A DNA stretch of 64,000 bases. It comes from a virus. A model generated the notes under the pieces. It was given only the letters and a program-made list of their open reading frames with translations, was not told the origin of the DNA and searched no databases. Shown piece by piece: positions 9,024 through 18,722 of the stretch. Position 1 is the first letter of the stretch. The number at the start of each line of letters is the position of its first letter. Location: positions 1-64,000 of IMG/VR virus record IMGVR_UViG_3300015263_000599. The stretch is one strand, 5' to 3'. The position numbers and the translations under genes were made by a program.

Positions 9024-10058
9024 TTAGCCTTCCATGTCCTGAAGTTCCTTGAGGAAGTCCTCATCTTCGATGGGAGCATCCTCTGCGGCAGGAGCAGCAG
9101 GAGTGCTTGTCGTTTCCACAGATGCAACGGTTTCAGTTGCAGGAGCCGAAGCGGGAACGTCGGCTGGAACGCTCACTCCACCCGGAGTGTGCTCCATGAG
9201 TTCGTTCACTTCGTCTTGAGCCTTCTGACGCCACTTGGCATCGAACTCGTCGGTGTTGAAGGATTCGGTGTCGTCCGGGATCAAGCCACGGTGAATGGCG
9301 AGTTCCTTTTCGAGATATTCCATGTCCTTCGGGTTCCGAAGCTTTGTGAGATCGTGCAGGGCTTCCTGCCACTTCTCGATCTCGGAAGGTTCGCCAGCAG
9401 GGCTTGCCTGACGAGCGAAATCGGAACGGTCGTACTTGGGGAAGTTGTCCGCACCGGGCGTAACTTCCTTGCGAACGATGAAGTCGAAACCGGCCTTCAG
9501 ATCGGTGATGTTACCGAGCTTCGAATCGGGATCATTCTCGTCGCCGACGATGGCCCGAATGATCATCTTGTGCAGGATCTTGCCCACAGACAGGATGCGA
9601 GGACCAGCGTTCTTCTCGGTCTTGCCGTCTTCACCGACAAGGGTGCGGACGATTGCGTTGTAGTAGTAACGCTCGACAGGCTTCATGCTTCTGGCTTCGT
9701 CCTTCAGCTTTTCAGCTTCGACGCCATGACCAGCCTTTTCGAGCTTGTCGATCTGCTTCCACAGTCCGCTGTAGTAATCACAGATCGGACAGGGAACATT
9801 GCGATCCCACTTGCCGTTGATCAGTGGTCGTGGGCAGTGGATCTTACGACCGTTCAACGTGTGAACACGGTTGTATTGAAACAGCTTGCCGCCCTTGACG
9901 GGAGGCAGAATGCGGAGTGCGACGGTCCCGGTTTGGCCGGGCTTCACATTCGGCATGGGAACGAACTGGTCGAGGAAGTTGTTGGTTCCGCCAGCTTCGT
10001 TGAGGCGATCATCTTCGCCTTGCATCTCTTCGAGGTTAAGTGTACCGAATTCGGACAT
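9024..10058 (-). CDS. T4 gp32-like single-stranded DNA-binding protein
   Basis: LRILPP, HC...CPICD Zn site, RYYYNAIV, GFDF, YDRSDF, acidic tail DEDFLKELQDMEG; adjacent to uvsX. Confidence 0.9.
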   Translation of the reverse strand: MSEFGTLNLEEMQGEDDRLNEAGGTNNFLDQFVPMPNVKPGQTGTVALRILPPVKGGKLFQYNRVHTLNGRKIHCPRPLINGKWDRNVPCPICDYYSGLWKQIDKLEKAGHGVEAEKLKDEARSMKPVERYYYNAIVRTLVGEDGKTEKNAGPRILSVGKILHKMIIRAIVGDENDPDSKLGNITDLKAGFDFIVRKEVTPGADNFPKYDRSDFARQASPAGEPSEIEKWQEALHDLTKLRNPKDMEYLEKELAIHRGLIPDDTESFNTDEFDAKWRQKAQDEVNELMEHTPGGVSVPADVPASAPATETVASVETTSTPAAPAAEDAPIEDEDFLKELQDMEG

Positions 10059-10131
10059 GACTCTCTCCTTGGTTCTTGAAGTAATTGAAAGTCAGCTACG
10101 GGTTGTAACTCGTTTCGTAACTGTGACTGTC

Positions 10132-10160
10132 TTATACTTCTTTTCGATGGAGAGGTCAAC
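10132..10160 (-). promoter_or_regulatory. Promoter TTGACC-N17-TATAAG for SSB
   Basis: Direct reading. Confidence 0.55.
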
Positions 10161-10176
10161 AGACTTTAGCGGCTTC

Positions 10177-10674
10177 TTAAATTTCCTCGTCATTCTTTAT
10201 GACTGAAACTTCCGCCGTGTCTGTAGGAACGGTATTTACAGACATTTTGCAGTCTGCGGAGCCGCCAACGCCAACGCCTTGTTCGGCCATCTGTTCCTTA
10301 AGAGTCGCTTGCTGGAGAGCTTCCATTTTCTCTTCCAGCGTCACATAACCCTTGGATTCAAGCTCTTCGTTGAGTTCCTGCTTGGCCGAGAGTTCCTTCT
10401 CGTGCTCCGCTTCCAAAGCTCGAAGAATCTCGATGTTCTTCTCCAATTGGGAAAGTGTCGATTCAGGTGCGGCCATCAACATCTCTTTCTCGAAGTGCTG
10501 GTCCATTGCATAAAGATCCCGCTGGAGCTTGTCGATCCGTCGCTCACGTCGAGCTTCTTCTCGATCTTCCTTGGCCTTTGTACGAAGTTCGGCTCGACGA
10601 GCCAAGACCTTCTGGCGGGCGTCCTTCTCACGTTGCTTACGCTTCTTAAGCTTTCTCTGTTCCTTGGATACCAT
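10177..10674 (-). CDS. Coiled-coil hypothetical protein
   Basis: K/R/E-rich helical sequence, GAGGA RBS. Confidence 0.75.
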   Translation of the reverse strand: MVSKEQRKLKKRKQREKDARQKVLARRAELRTKAKEDREEARRERRIDKLQRDLYAMDQHFEKEMLMAAPESTLSQLEKNIEILRALEAEHEKELSAKQELNEELESKGYVTLEEKMEALQQATLKEQMAEQGVGVGGSADCKMSVNTVPTDTAEVSVIKNDEEI

Positions 10675-10691
10675 GGTGTCCTCTTTCTGTC

Positions 10692-11717
10692 TTAAAATTT
10701 CTTTCCGGGTCTCAGATCGGGAATCTCAAACATCTCTTCTGGGAGCGTGCCATCATCTAAGGGGATGTCCCCCGGAATATCCATCTGAACATTCTGATTG
10801 GCAGGCATACCAGTTTGAGGATTGATCCTCTTATATGGTTGACCGTTGCCTTGCATCGCCGCCACCGCTGCGGCTCGCTTCTCTTCTGGATGTTCGTAGA
10901 ACATTTGATCTTCGAAGGCGAGCTTTGGTTCTCGGCGTCGTTGTCCTCTTGGTTCAGAAAACCCTAGCTCGGCATCGCCGAGCAACCCCTGTCCTGCGGA
11001 AGTAAAGAACTTCTCGTCTAAAATTACCATCTGTCCTGAATCGTCAGTGACAGCAATCTTCTGTGCGTCCAACTTTCCGGTCGCAGATGGAATTACCGCA
11101 TGAACTGGGTACTTGGTGTCTTCTGTGAACTTAAGTTTCATTGATCTGGCTTCCGCCATGTGCAAGTACGGCTCGTAGTACACATAATACAAACGCTTGC
11201 TTTTATCAATAGTTCTTGGATCGACGGTATGCCGAACCGTCACTGGCTTGTTGGGATTTCCATACAAGTCGTTTGGATCTTGTTGTTGCGTTCTGATCAA
11301 CTCGTGCGGCTGCACGTTGGGCGGCAGATTCGCCGGGATCATCGCCGTCTGGGCCTGTGGAGCTTGCGCCACTGGCACCATTTGCATCGGTGGCGTCGGT
11401 GGGGCCTCCACCACGTCCTCTGCAACCATCTGGGCCGTCTCATTGAGAGAGAACCTTCTGTTCTTCAAGACGATGCCCTTGCCGTCCTTGGACTCCTTGA
11501 AGGTGATTTCTTTCTTCACCAATTCAAAGACTTCAACATCAACCACCCAGATGTCTCGTCGGGCCAGTTGTGCCATGATCGCCGCCGCACACTTCTCCAA
11601 CGGCGTATCGTCGAAGGGCTTGCCAACCTTGGATCGCTTCTCTTCAGTGATCTCTTCGTTGTAGCCCGGACCTTCCTCTTTACGGGGATGGTAGGTGTAT
11701 TTGATCTCATATCCCAT
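10692..11717 (-). CDS. Hypothetical protein with P/Q-rich linker
   Basis: 341-aa ORF. Confidence 0.8.
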   Translation of the reverse strand: MGYEIKYTYHPRKEEGPGYNEEITEEKRSKVGKPFDDTPLEKCAAAIMAQLARRDIWVVDVEVFELVKKEITFKESKDGKGIVLKNRRFSLNETAQMVAEDVVEAPPTPPMQMVPVAQAPQAQTAMIPANLPPNVQPHELIRTQQQDPNDLYGNPNKPVTVRHTVDPRTIDKSKRLYYVYYEPYLHMAEARSMKLKFTEDTKYPVHAVIPSATGKLDAQKIAVTDDSGQMVILDEKFFTSAGQGLLGDAELGFSEPRGQRRREPKLAFEDQMFYEHPEEKRAAAVAAMQGNGQPYKRINPQTGMPANQNVQMDIPGDIPLDDGTLPEEMFEIPDLRPGKKF

Positions 11718-11730
11718 ATTTGCCTCGCTG

Positions 11731-12357
11731 TTACCTTGTAAGAATCCCGACCCCGTGCCGTGTCTCGTAAATCACGGGCTCTCGGTTCTTCACCCTACAA
11801 AACTTCAGAAAGGCTCCGTGGAGATCCGGCGACGGTGCAGGAATACTTTCTGATATATAGTCGGCCACTAATAATCCTTCCTCCTTAAGATTGTCCCAAG
11901 CGTACTCCAGATACTTTGTGAAACGATCTTTGACGCACATCGAGGAAACGATCACCATGTCCCATTTGAACCGGCGAAGTTTGATTTCCCAATCTTCCAG
12001 CGTTCCCACCAGAATAGGGGCGTCTCCTTCATTCATCATGTGGCTTTTGATGTTGGATCGCACAAATCCCGCCTGCCATCCTGTCAGCCCTTCGGCCATC
12101 ACGAACCAGTTGTGGACCGACTTGCAACTCTGTAAGAAACAAGGGGCAATGTACATCGAAGAGCCCGTAACTCCAATCTGGAGCACCTCCCCAACCTGAA
12201 GTTGCTTCCCCATGTGGTAGTAGAAAGGAAGGTTGTTGGGATCTGTGAACTCGGCTGTCTCTTTCGCCCGTTCATTCAAGAACTTGACATTACTCAGAAG
12301 AATCTGAGGAGAGATGATTTTGGAGTCGAGTTTTTCTTTAAGAAGTAGGTGGTCCAT
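11731..12357 (-). CDS. Class I SAM-methyltransferase-like protein (divergent)
   Basis: VLQIGVTG, WDMVIV, AWDNLKEEGLLVADY, HGVGIL pattern of Methyltransf_24-like folds. Confidence 0.55.
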   Translation of the reverse strand: MDHLLLKEKLDSKIISPQILLSNVKFLNERAKETAEFTDPNNLPFYYHMGKQLQVGEVLQIGVTGSSMYIAPCFLQSCKSVHNWFVMAEGLTGWQAGFVRSNIKSHMMNEGDAPILVGTLEDWEIKLRRFKWDMVIVSSMCVKDRFTKYLEYAWDNLKEEGLLVADYISESIPAPSPDLHGAFLKFCRVKNREPVIYETRHGVGILTR

Positions 12358-12380
12358 GACCTAAGAGAGTGTGCCAAACG

Positions 12381-12412
12381 AAAAAAGGCAGCAGGGATTA
12401 CTCCCTGCTGCC
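12381..12412 (-). terminator. Intrinsic terminator downstream of hsp20
   Basis: GGCAGCAGGGA-GTAA-TCCCTGCTGCC followed by T7 on minus strand. Confidence 0.75.
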
Positions 12413-12513
12413 CTTCCAAACCTACGTTTGGATTAGATGGAGGTTGTTGGGGACTTCCTTATCCCATAGCCGCAGTAACCATCTACACTATGAGAGTACA
12501 ACCTCTGAATTTC

Positions 12514-12975
12514 TCAATCTGATTTCAAAGAAATCTTTCGGACACCTTCGACCTCTGGTTTTTCGGCGACATTCCATGCCAAACTCAGAATTCCATCCTT
12601 CATAGAAGTCTCAGGATCACCATCAACAAAATCTGGCAAAACTACGCTTCTCTCGAATGAAGATTGTCGCAGTTCCTTGAGATAGTACGACGATCCCTCT
12701 GGGGATTCATACTCAGAAGACATTTTGCCACGAATTGTCAACGTGTTGTTGGAGTCAATCTCGACATCCAAATCTTCCGAGGTCATCCCCGGCACAGCAA
12801 ACGTCAACCCAAACTTGCCGTCACTCTTCCAAGCGTTCATTTTGGGATACCCGCTGGCCGACTTGACTTTGGCAAGGGGCGAGGACTTCGAGAAGAAGTC
12901 ATTGAAGAAGCCATCGAAAGCTTGTTCGATGGGGAAAAAGAGATCGTCACGACGTGGTACAAGATTAGTATTCAT
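12514..12975 (-). CDS. hsp20: Small heat-shock protein Hsp20
   Basis: YPKMN, AVPGMTSEDLDVEI, LTIRG, SFERSVVLP, MKDGIL alpha-crystallin motifs. Confidence 0.92.
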   Translation of the reverse strand: MNTNLVPRRDDLFFPIEQAFDGFFNDFFSKSSPLAKVKSASGYPKMNAWKSDGKFGLTFAVPGMTSEDLDVEIDSNNTLTIRGKMSSEYESPEGSSYYLKELRQSSFERSVVLPDFVDGDPETSMKDGILSLAWNVAEKPEVEGVRKISLKSD

Positions 12976-13079
12976 TGGGTTTACCTCCAATTGTTTAAGA
13001 CGCCTCACCATGAGTGCGTCAATCGCAGACCCGCACTGGTGTCTGCTCATCTTATATTATCGTCAGATCAGGAAAAATT

Positions 13080-13253
13080 TCAATCATCGGAATTCAAAAT
13101 TTCCATGATCTTCTGGGCAAGTCGTTTTTGACCAGAATCGTAGCCATCATGCCATGTTTCTTCCCAATCGTTGTGGTCATAAGCACTGAACGTGGGCTTC
13201 AACTTCAACAATGGTTTGATCAGCTTCTTGATCTGTTTAGTTTTGTCTACCAT
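13080..13253 (-). CDS. Small hypothetical protein
   Basis: MVDKTKQIKK..., GGAGG RBS. Confidence 0.55.
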   Translation of the reverse strand: MVDKTKQIKKLIKPLLKLKPTFSAYDHNDWEETWHDGYDSGQKRLAQKIMEILNSDD

Positions 13254-13662
13254 GATGGGCCTCCAAAATCGTCCTATACACCAACATGTTCGGCGTCTTC
13301 TTCTCGAACCAATGATTATCGGCCCCAGACCCGTATTTGATATTCTCGATTGCCGCTGCAACCGCTGGCGAGCGAGACATTCCCGCCGCACAATGCACCA
13401 TGATGCAGTCCACCTTGTCCCAAACCTCATCAACGAATTGCAAAATTTGTAGTGCGTCGTTGTGATCAAACACCTTGAAATTCTCTGACTGACGATTGAA
13501 CTCAATGTCGGCGAATTCCAGATCCAATCTGGCAAACAGATTGATTGGATCTAAGGCTGGATGCTCGTCCGCAAAGGTCATGACGCTGATTGCGGCCCAA
13601 GGGGCATTACACGAAAATGCCTTAGCATCAGTTAGGCTTCTTACCTCAATCAATTTCTTCAT
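13237..13662 (-). CDS. Dual-specificity/tyrosine phosphatase-like protein
   Basis: VHCAAGMSRS (CX5R) P-loop. Confidence 0.88.
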   Translation of the reverse strand: MKKLIEVRSLTDAKAFSCNAPWAAISVMTFADEHPALDPINLFARLDLEFADIEFNRQSENFKVFDHNDALQILQFVDEVWDKVDCIMVHCAAGMSRSPAVAAAIENIKYGSGADNHWFEKKTPNMLVYRTILEAHHGRQN

Positions 13663-13704
13663 AACTTTCCCCTTCTGGCACTCTTATATATCACGGAGGA
13701 CAAT

Positions 13705-13920
13705 ATGAGCAATAGAAGAGTAAGACGTATTGAGGAAATGGGCAACGCCCAGAGAGTCTCGGAATACTGGTTGGACGATACAGATGCTCTTGTGCAACCA
13801 GATGGATTGACCGTTGATCAAGTGGCAGAATGGGATCGAGTGATTGCTGTACTGCAAACAGAAGGTCTTGAGCACATTGTGGACGGCGTGCGACTATCAG
13901 ATCATTGTCGCAACTTCTAA
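13705..13920 (+). CDS. Hypothetical protein
   Basis: 71 aa, GGAGG RBS. Confidence 0.6.
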   Translation: MSNRRVRRIEEMGNAQRVSEYWLDDTDALVQPDGLTVDQVAEWDRVIAVLQTEGLEHIVDGVRLSDHCRNF

Positions 13921-14129
13921 AAGAAAAGGGAGCTAAACGTCAACACAACGAGTAGCTCCCAATGGTTGTTACACCGGCGAGGTTGGTATGGCCTTTCACT
14001 CACGAAGAATGATCAATTCCCCCTGTAAACCATTGCCTCGCTATGAACTCTGGATGCGACATCATCAGGGTTAGCCTCAACCATCGTGGTCCATAGCACT
14101 GACGGACATACCCTATATATGGCCGTTCT

Positions 14130-14564
14130 TTAGTTTTTTGTGAGAGCCTGCACGCCCCACCAGCAACACCAGATGAGCGGGTAAAAGGCCCAACTGAGCA
14201 TCCATGGAATCGCCATCAGCGAAACCACGCCCAGCAATAAGCACAACGCCAACCACATTCGTTCAGTCTGAAACTTGACCGTGCGGCCATACCTTCTAAG
14301 AACTTCTTCTTTTCTGTGGTTGTGGATTCCCTCGAAGTAACCCTCAAACCACCAAGGAGCACATGTGTTCTCGTGGTGAGGGCGGGAATTCCTGAAGTGT
14401 AGAACATGGCCGCTTTTGTTTAAGATGATGTAGTGGTGCGGCCACCACTTTGACTGACTGCTGACAGCAACTATCTTTGAGGCTTTGCCTCTCAGGATCA
14501 AATAGATCGCAGCCAAAAGACAATTGCTGTATGTCTTTCGAGTACGCAAACGGTACACCTCCAT
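14130..14564 (-). CDS. Hypothetical membrane protein
   Basis: C-terminal hydrophobic helices. Confidence 0.6.
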   Translation of the reverse strand: MEVYRLRTRKTYSNCLLAAIYLILRGKASKIVAVSSQSKWWPHHYIILNKSGHVLHFRNSRPHHENTCAPWWFEGYFEGIHNHRKEEVLRRYGRTVKFQTERMWLALCLLLGVVSLMAIPWMLSWAFYPLIWCCWWGVQALTKN

Positions 14565-14596
14565 GTTGAGAGCAACAACACAGGTATGTACTCATA

Positions 14597-15010
14597 TTAG
14601 GGGTTGAGAGAATGACTCAGATTCTTGAATTTGAATGTTAATTTGATATCGTCTACGTTGTATCCAGAACCCAGCGATTCGTAAGACAAATCTCGGAGTT
14701 CGAATCTCTCCAGTTCGGTCTTCGACATGATGCTATTGTACTTCCTCAAACAAGTTCGCATGTCAGTCATGCCGCCCTGTGAAGACTCTGAAAGAAAGTC
14801 TAACAACTCATGGTCGTTGGTGTTGTTTAAGGCACCGGGAAAGACCACCCCGATACGACCGTTGTTCTGACTGAATTGGCCCAAGCTGTAATTGGCATCC
14901 TGCACCCTAACTTGTCGTGGCTGCAAGACGAAAAGTCCATTCTTACTGAACTCTGCCGTCCAAATGATGTTCTTCTTACGTCTGTGTACTTCGAGCCAAT
15001 GATTCTTCAT
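14597..15010 (-). CDS. Hypothetical protein
   Basis: 137 aa, GAGGT RBS. Confidence 0.7.
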   Translation of the reverse strand: MKNHWLEVHRRKKNIIWTAEFSKNGLFVLQPRQVRVQDANYSLGQFSQNNGRIGVVFPGALNNTNDHELLDFLSESSQGGMTDMRTCLRKYNSIMSKTELERFELRDLSYESLGSGYNVDDIKLTFKFKNLSHSLNP

Positions 15011-15632
15011 CTGTACCTCTCTGCTTATTCCAAATCTTCAGGTCGAGATCAGCAGGGGTCGTATCCATGGCCGCTGCGATCCTCAAGAAGACCTTCTCAA
15101 GTTCGAGGTATTTATTCTTGGACGGACTCTTTCTCACATCATGCCCAGTGTAATAACTAAGCCATTCCAGAATGTGCGTGTCGAGGCAAGCGACCTGAGC
15201 ATCAGGCCGGGTGTGCAAAATGAAGAACCGAGATGTCTTCATCCCAAAGCCGGGAATCGTCTCCAGTTCCTCTGGCGTACAAGTTCGCAGATCGATGTCC
15301 TTGCTCACCAAGACCTGAAGACCATCCGACTTAACCGAAGTGTTGCCAAATCGGAAATTCTCGACAAACCATCGATAGCTCTTTCGCTTCTCTGATCTGG
15401 TTGTCTTAATCGCCCCGAAGTGATCAAGAGGCGGGTGCCGTCGATAGACACAATCTGCCTCATCCCATACCAACTTCTCATTAACGGTATGGTGGCAGTA
15501 TTTGAGAAAGCGATCCAGCTTAACCGCTGTCTGATTGGCATTCTTATTGAACACCATCAGGCAAAACAAAGCATACTCTTGTAGGCCCTTGTCGTTCAGT
15601 TTGTAGTTGGTGAACTTCTCGGGAACAATCAT
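14976..15632 (-). CDS. HhH-GPD DNA glycosylase (8-oxoG glycosylase-like)
   Basis: LETIPGFGMKTSRFFIL HhH with Lys, ACLDTHIL, YLELEKVF...DLDLKIW. Confidence 0.85.
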   Translation of the reverse strand: MIVPEKFTNYKLNDKGLQEYALFCLMVFNKNANQTAVKLDRFLKYCHHTVNEKLVWDEADCVYRRHPPLDHFGAIKTTRSEKRKSYRWFVENFRFGNTSVKSDGLQVLVSKDIDLRTCTPEELETIPGFGMKTSRFFILHTRPDAQVACLDTHILEWLSYYTGHDVRKSPSKNKYLELEKVFLRIAAAMDTTPADLDLKIWNKQRGTDEESLARSTQT

Positions 15633-15649
15633 GTCGTCTTCCTTGACGG

Positions 15650-15841
15650 TTAGGCTTCTTCTTCGACAGCCTCCTTGGCTATCATCAACGCCTCTTGGAT
15701 GGTTTCTTGAACTTCTTGTTCCTTCTCGCCATCCAGAGCGTCGAAGCTTTTGAGGTACTTCATCACCGCCTCTTCAACTTCCTCTGTTCCCAGAGCTTCG
15801 GCGATGTATCCAAAGAATTCTCGTTTCACTGAGTCACGCAT
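15650..15841 (-). CDS. Small acidic hypothetical protein
   Basis: 63-aa ORF in operon. Confidence 0.6.
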   Translation of the reverse strand: MRDSVKREFFGYIAEALGTEEVEEAVMKYLKSFDALDGEKEQEVQETIQEALMIAKEAVEEEA

Positions 15842-15849
15842 CTCTCACC

Positions 15850-16431
15850 TTAATAGAGGTTGTCCAAGCCCAGATCGGTTTCGAAACCGCTGGTGTCTTC
15901 GTCTTGTTTGGAAGGTTCTCGCTCAGGTTCCCAGTGCGTAGTACGCACGGTTCTGGCGATAGCGTCATCAAGGCCCGGAATCTCAGATGGATCAAGTCCA
16001 GCCGTTCTCATGCTGATCTCGGCGTGCAGCTTGTCGATCTGCTTGCGTAACATATGGCCCATCGACTGAGCATTGTCGTGGTTCTTATCCCACGCACGAA
16101 GATGCTGCTTGAGTCGATTGACGATGTACTTGGCCTCAATGACTTCATCTTTGAGGGCCGTGACGACGGGATCGACCTTCGCTTTGGCTTCCGCCAGTGC
16201 AACAGCCGCACCATCCTCTTTGGCCTCAATGAATCGCTCATTGTAGAGCTTCTCGTACATAGTCTCTTTGTTCTGTAAGTTTCGCTCGGCGAGAGAAAGA
16301 AAGGCACCAAAATAGTCGTAATAGCCCCCTTCTTTCTGAATGTATTCATTCAGGGTTGTCTCGTCGAATCGAAGGTTATTGGGGTCCACGTCAACAACGT
16401 GTCCTCCAAATTCAAGTTTCTCAACACCCAT
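15850..16431 (-). CDS. UvsY-like recombination mediator (tentative)
   Basis: Helical protein directly downstream of DnaB; AKVDPVVTALKDEVIEAKY...LRAWDK resembles UvsY. Confidence 0.45.
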   Translation of the reverse strand: MGVEKLEFGGHVVDVDPNNLRFDETTLNEYIQKEGGYYDYFGAFLSLAERNLQNKETMYEKLYNERFIEAKEDGAAVALAEAKAKVDPVVTALKDEVIEAKYIVNRLKQHLRAWDKNHDNAQSMGHMLRKQIDKLHAEISMRTAGLDPSEIPGLDDAIARTVRTTHWEPEREPSKQDEDTSGFETDLGLDNLY

Positions 16432-16476
16432 GATTCTCTCCCTGTTGTGGTCTAAGTGGTTGCTTGATTATCGGCA

Positions 16477-18018
16477 CTACTGGTCGTCTTCTGAAGGTTG
16501 AAACCGTGCTTTCGCAGCTTCTTTGGCGTTGTCAACCGCCGCCTCTTCCCAAGCGTCCTTGCCGGTGTAGTTGTGGATCGCATCGATCTCTACCTCGTCG
16601 TTTACACGCTCCTTATGAGAGTTTCGCATCGAGAGGTAGGTGTCCTTTGCAATTTGAGTAATTCTGAGATTTTCTTTGTCAAAACGCAAGAAGATCTGAT
16701 ATCGACTCTTGCCGTCACGTTGCTTAATAACGTAGGCACGACCCAAACCAAGCTCCTTCTCAATGTCGTTTTGGTTTAAGGAGATACATCCGTCGAGCGG
16801 ACGAATCTGGCCGAACGAGTCAGCGAGATTGTTGTCGTCGATGCGGTTCTTGTCGTTCTTTTGCTCTTCTTTTGAGCCACGGTTGGGCTGCATGGCGGTG
16901 GCAAGGAACACTTGCTCTTCGGTCGCCATGCCTCTCAGATCACGCACAATGCGTTCTCTGGACTCATAAGTCTTGAGGCCGGGGATGTCCTGCATTTCGC
17001 CCACATAGTCCACGATCACGAAGTCGGGATCGAAGCCATGGAAACGCAACTGGGACAGGTATGCACGGATGGTGTTCACAGATGCCGTACCGGCTGCGAA
17101 CTGCTTGATCACCAGCGGCATCGCACATTCTCTGTCGATGCCTTCCAACGTATCCAGCTTGTCGAAGATCTCTTCTTTGTGCGAATACAACATTTGGATT
17201 GGGAAACCAGTGAGGATGGCGTCCATACGATCCGCCACCTTCCGCTCGGCCAGTTCCAACGTGATGTAGACGCCCTTCTTGCCTCTCAGAAGGTTGGTGG
17301 CCGTGATGCAAGCCAACATGACTGACTTGCCGACACCGGAGCCAGCCACGATGGAGATCATTTCGCCACGCAGATAGCCGCCGCCGTTGATCTCTAAGTC
17401 GATACCATCGAGACCTGTGATGAAGCGATCTTGGTTCTCGCCCTCTTCCAACATCTCGGCATAGCGATCCCGAATGGATTGGAAGTAGTTGGTGCCCAAA
17501 TCGTAGTTGGCGGTGGTGGTGACAACCTTCTCAATCTCATCATAGATCTTCTGCCAGTTCTGCTCACTCTCGGGGTTGTCATCCAAGAGCTTCAGACCTT
17601 CGTGGAAGGCTTTGCGGAACGCCTGCATCTTGGCGAAGTAGGCGATCTTGTCCATGAGATATTCACGAGCATCGAGCCCCGGCTGGAAGTAGTCGTACAC
17701 GACGTTGACTTCGCCGAGATAGAATGCCAGTGATTTGTCATCCTTGGAATCGTTCTTGATCTCTTGAACGATGAAGTCCTTCTTCGGCAGCAGCCGATAC
17801 TTGCGGAAGAACTGGAACGCAATAGAGCACATCTTCTGGTGTGCTTTGTTGGTGAAGTAAGCAGGCTTCACCAGATCGACCGACTGAAGCATGAATTGCC
17901 TGTCGGCCACCAGCAACGCAATGATATGTCGCTGAAACTCTTCATCCCACTTGTATCGTGCATCCAGTTCGGAATCTGGGTCTGCAAGAGTGGGGTCATT
18001 CAAAAACGGGTCATCCAT
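16477..18018 (-). CDS. dnaB: Replicative DnaB/gp41-like helicase
   Basis: ITGLDGID, AGSGVGKS, YITLEL, VIVDY, TAMQPNR, LADSFG, KQRDG. Confidence 0.93.
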   Translation of the reverse strand: MDDPFLNDPTLADPDSELDARYKWDEEFQRHIIALLVADRQFMLQSVDLVKPAYFTNKAHQKMCSIAFQFFRKYRLLPKKDFIVQEIKNDSKDDKSLAFYLGEVNVVYDYFQPGLDAREYLMDKIAYFAKMQAFRKAFHEGLKLLDDNPESEQNWQKIYDEIEKVVTTTANYDLGTNYFQSIRDRYAEMLEEGENQDRFITGLDGIDLEINGGGYLRGEMISIVAGSGVGKSVMLACITATNLLRGKKGVYITLELAERKVADRMDAILTGFPIQMLYSHKEEIFDKLDTLEGIDRECAMPLVIKQFAAGTASVNTIRAYLSQLRFHGFDPDFVIVDYVGEMQDIPGLKTYESRERIVRDLRGMATEEQVFLATAMQPNRGSKEEQKNDKNRIDDNNLADSFGQIRPLDGCISLNQNDIEKELGLGRAYVIKQRDGKSRYQIFLRFDKENLRITQIAKDTYLSMRNSHKERVNDEVEIDAIHNYTGKDAWEEAAVDNAKEAAKARFQPSEDDQ

Positions 18019-18095
18019 TCTGTGCCTCTCTCTGGTATTTCTTATCTAACCTTATGATCCCGCCTTTGTACCAGAAACTTTAAGATGCGCCCATC

Positions 18096-18722
18096 TCAAT
18101 CTTTGAAGAACCGGCTCTTAATCTTCCGAAGCTTCTTATGAAGCTCCTCGCAGGGTGTAACCCCTTGATCACCAAGGTATTCTGAGTCCGCCGAAATGTA
18201 GGCGTGACACTCATCTTTAAGAACCTCTTCGCAATACTTCTTGCTTCTTAACCAATCTTCCACTTCGGACAAATCCCATTCGTCCAAAGCTGCATCCACC
18301 GCCGCTCTGTACTTTGGGATCGTGTAGTACAGGCCGTGACAGATCTCGTGATCGATGGCTTCTTCATTTCCGACACCTGTGCCAATCACATAGAACTTAT
18401 CGGTGCGGTAACGGAAGAGTTCGATGATCTCTTCCTCGGCTTCTGTGAGTGGATCGAAGAGACCTTGGATGAATGGCTTAAGCACCCAGTCGGGTATGTT
18501 GAAGCCGCCCCAGTCATGTTCATAGGTGTTTCCGCCGTGCTTCTGGGCGTACCAACTTTTGTACTGACCGATTGTGAATATCTTCCCCCGATACTCTGGG
18601 CCTTCATAATGCTCCTGAAACCTCATGAAAGCCAACGATACAGTGCGACCACAGACGTATTCGAGATGTGTGATGTGGTCTGTGATTTGATGCACATCTT
18701 TGAGTCCAGTCTCAGTCGTCAT
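18096..18722 (-). CDS. Hypothetical protein with HExxH motif
   Basis: HEICHGLY...DECHAY zincin-like. Confidence 0.65.
   Translation of the reverse strand: MTTETGLKDVHQITDHITHLEYVCGRTVSLAFMRFQEHYEGPEYRGKIFTIGQYKSWYAQKHGGNTYEHDWGGFNIPDWVLKPFIQGLFDPLTEAEEEIIELFRYRTDKFYVIGTGVGNEEAIDHEICHGLYYTIPKYRAAVDAALDEWDLSEVEDWLRSKKYCEEVLKDECHAYISADSEYLGDQGVTPCEELHKKLRKIKSRFFKD

Noticed and set aside
1858-10079. Long antisense ORFs (e.g. 1858..2568, 2812..3786, 7798..8475, 8901..10079)
   Set aside because: Shadow frames opposite well-supported genes, expected from codon bias.
12415-12490. Hairpins (TAGATGG/CCATCTA, TCCAAAC/GTTTGGA) downstream of hsp20 as a riboswitch
   Set aside because: No recognisable aptamer consensus; may simply be 3' UTR structure before the terminator.
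13990-14070. Hammerhead ribozyme (CTGATGA...GAAA on minus strand)
   Set aside because: Stem II closing pairs and the stem I/III arrangement could not be formed.
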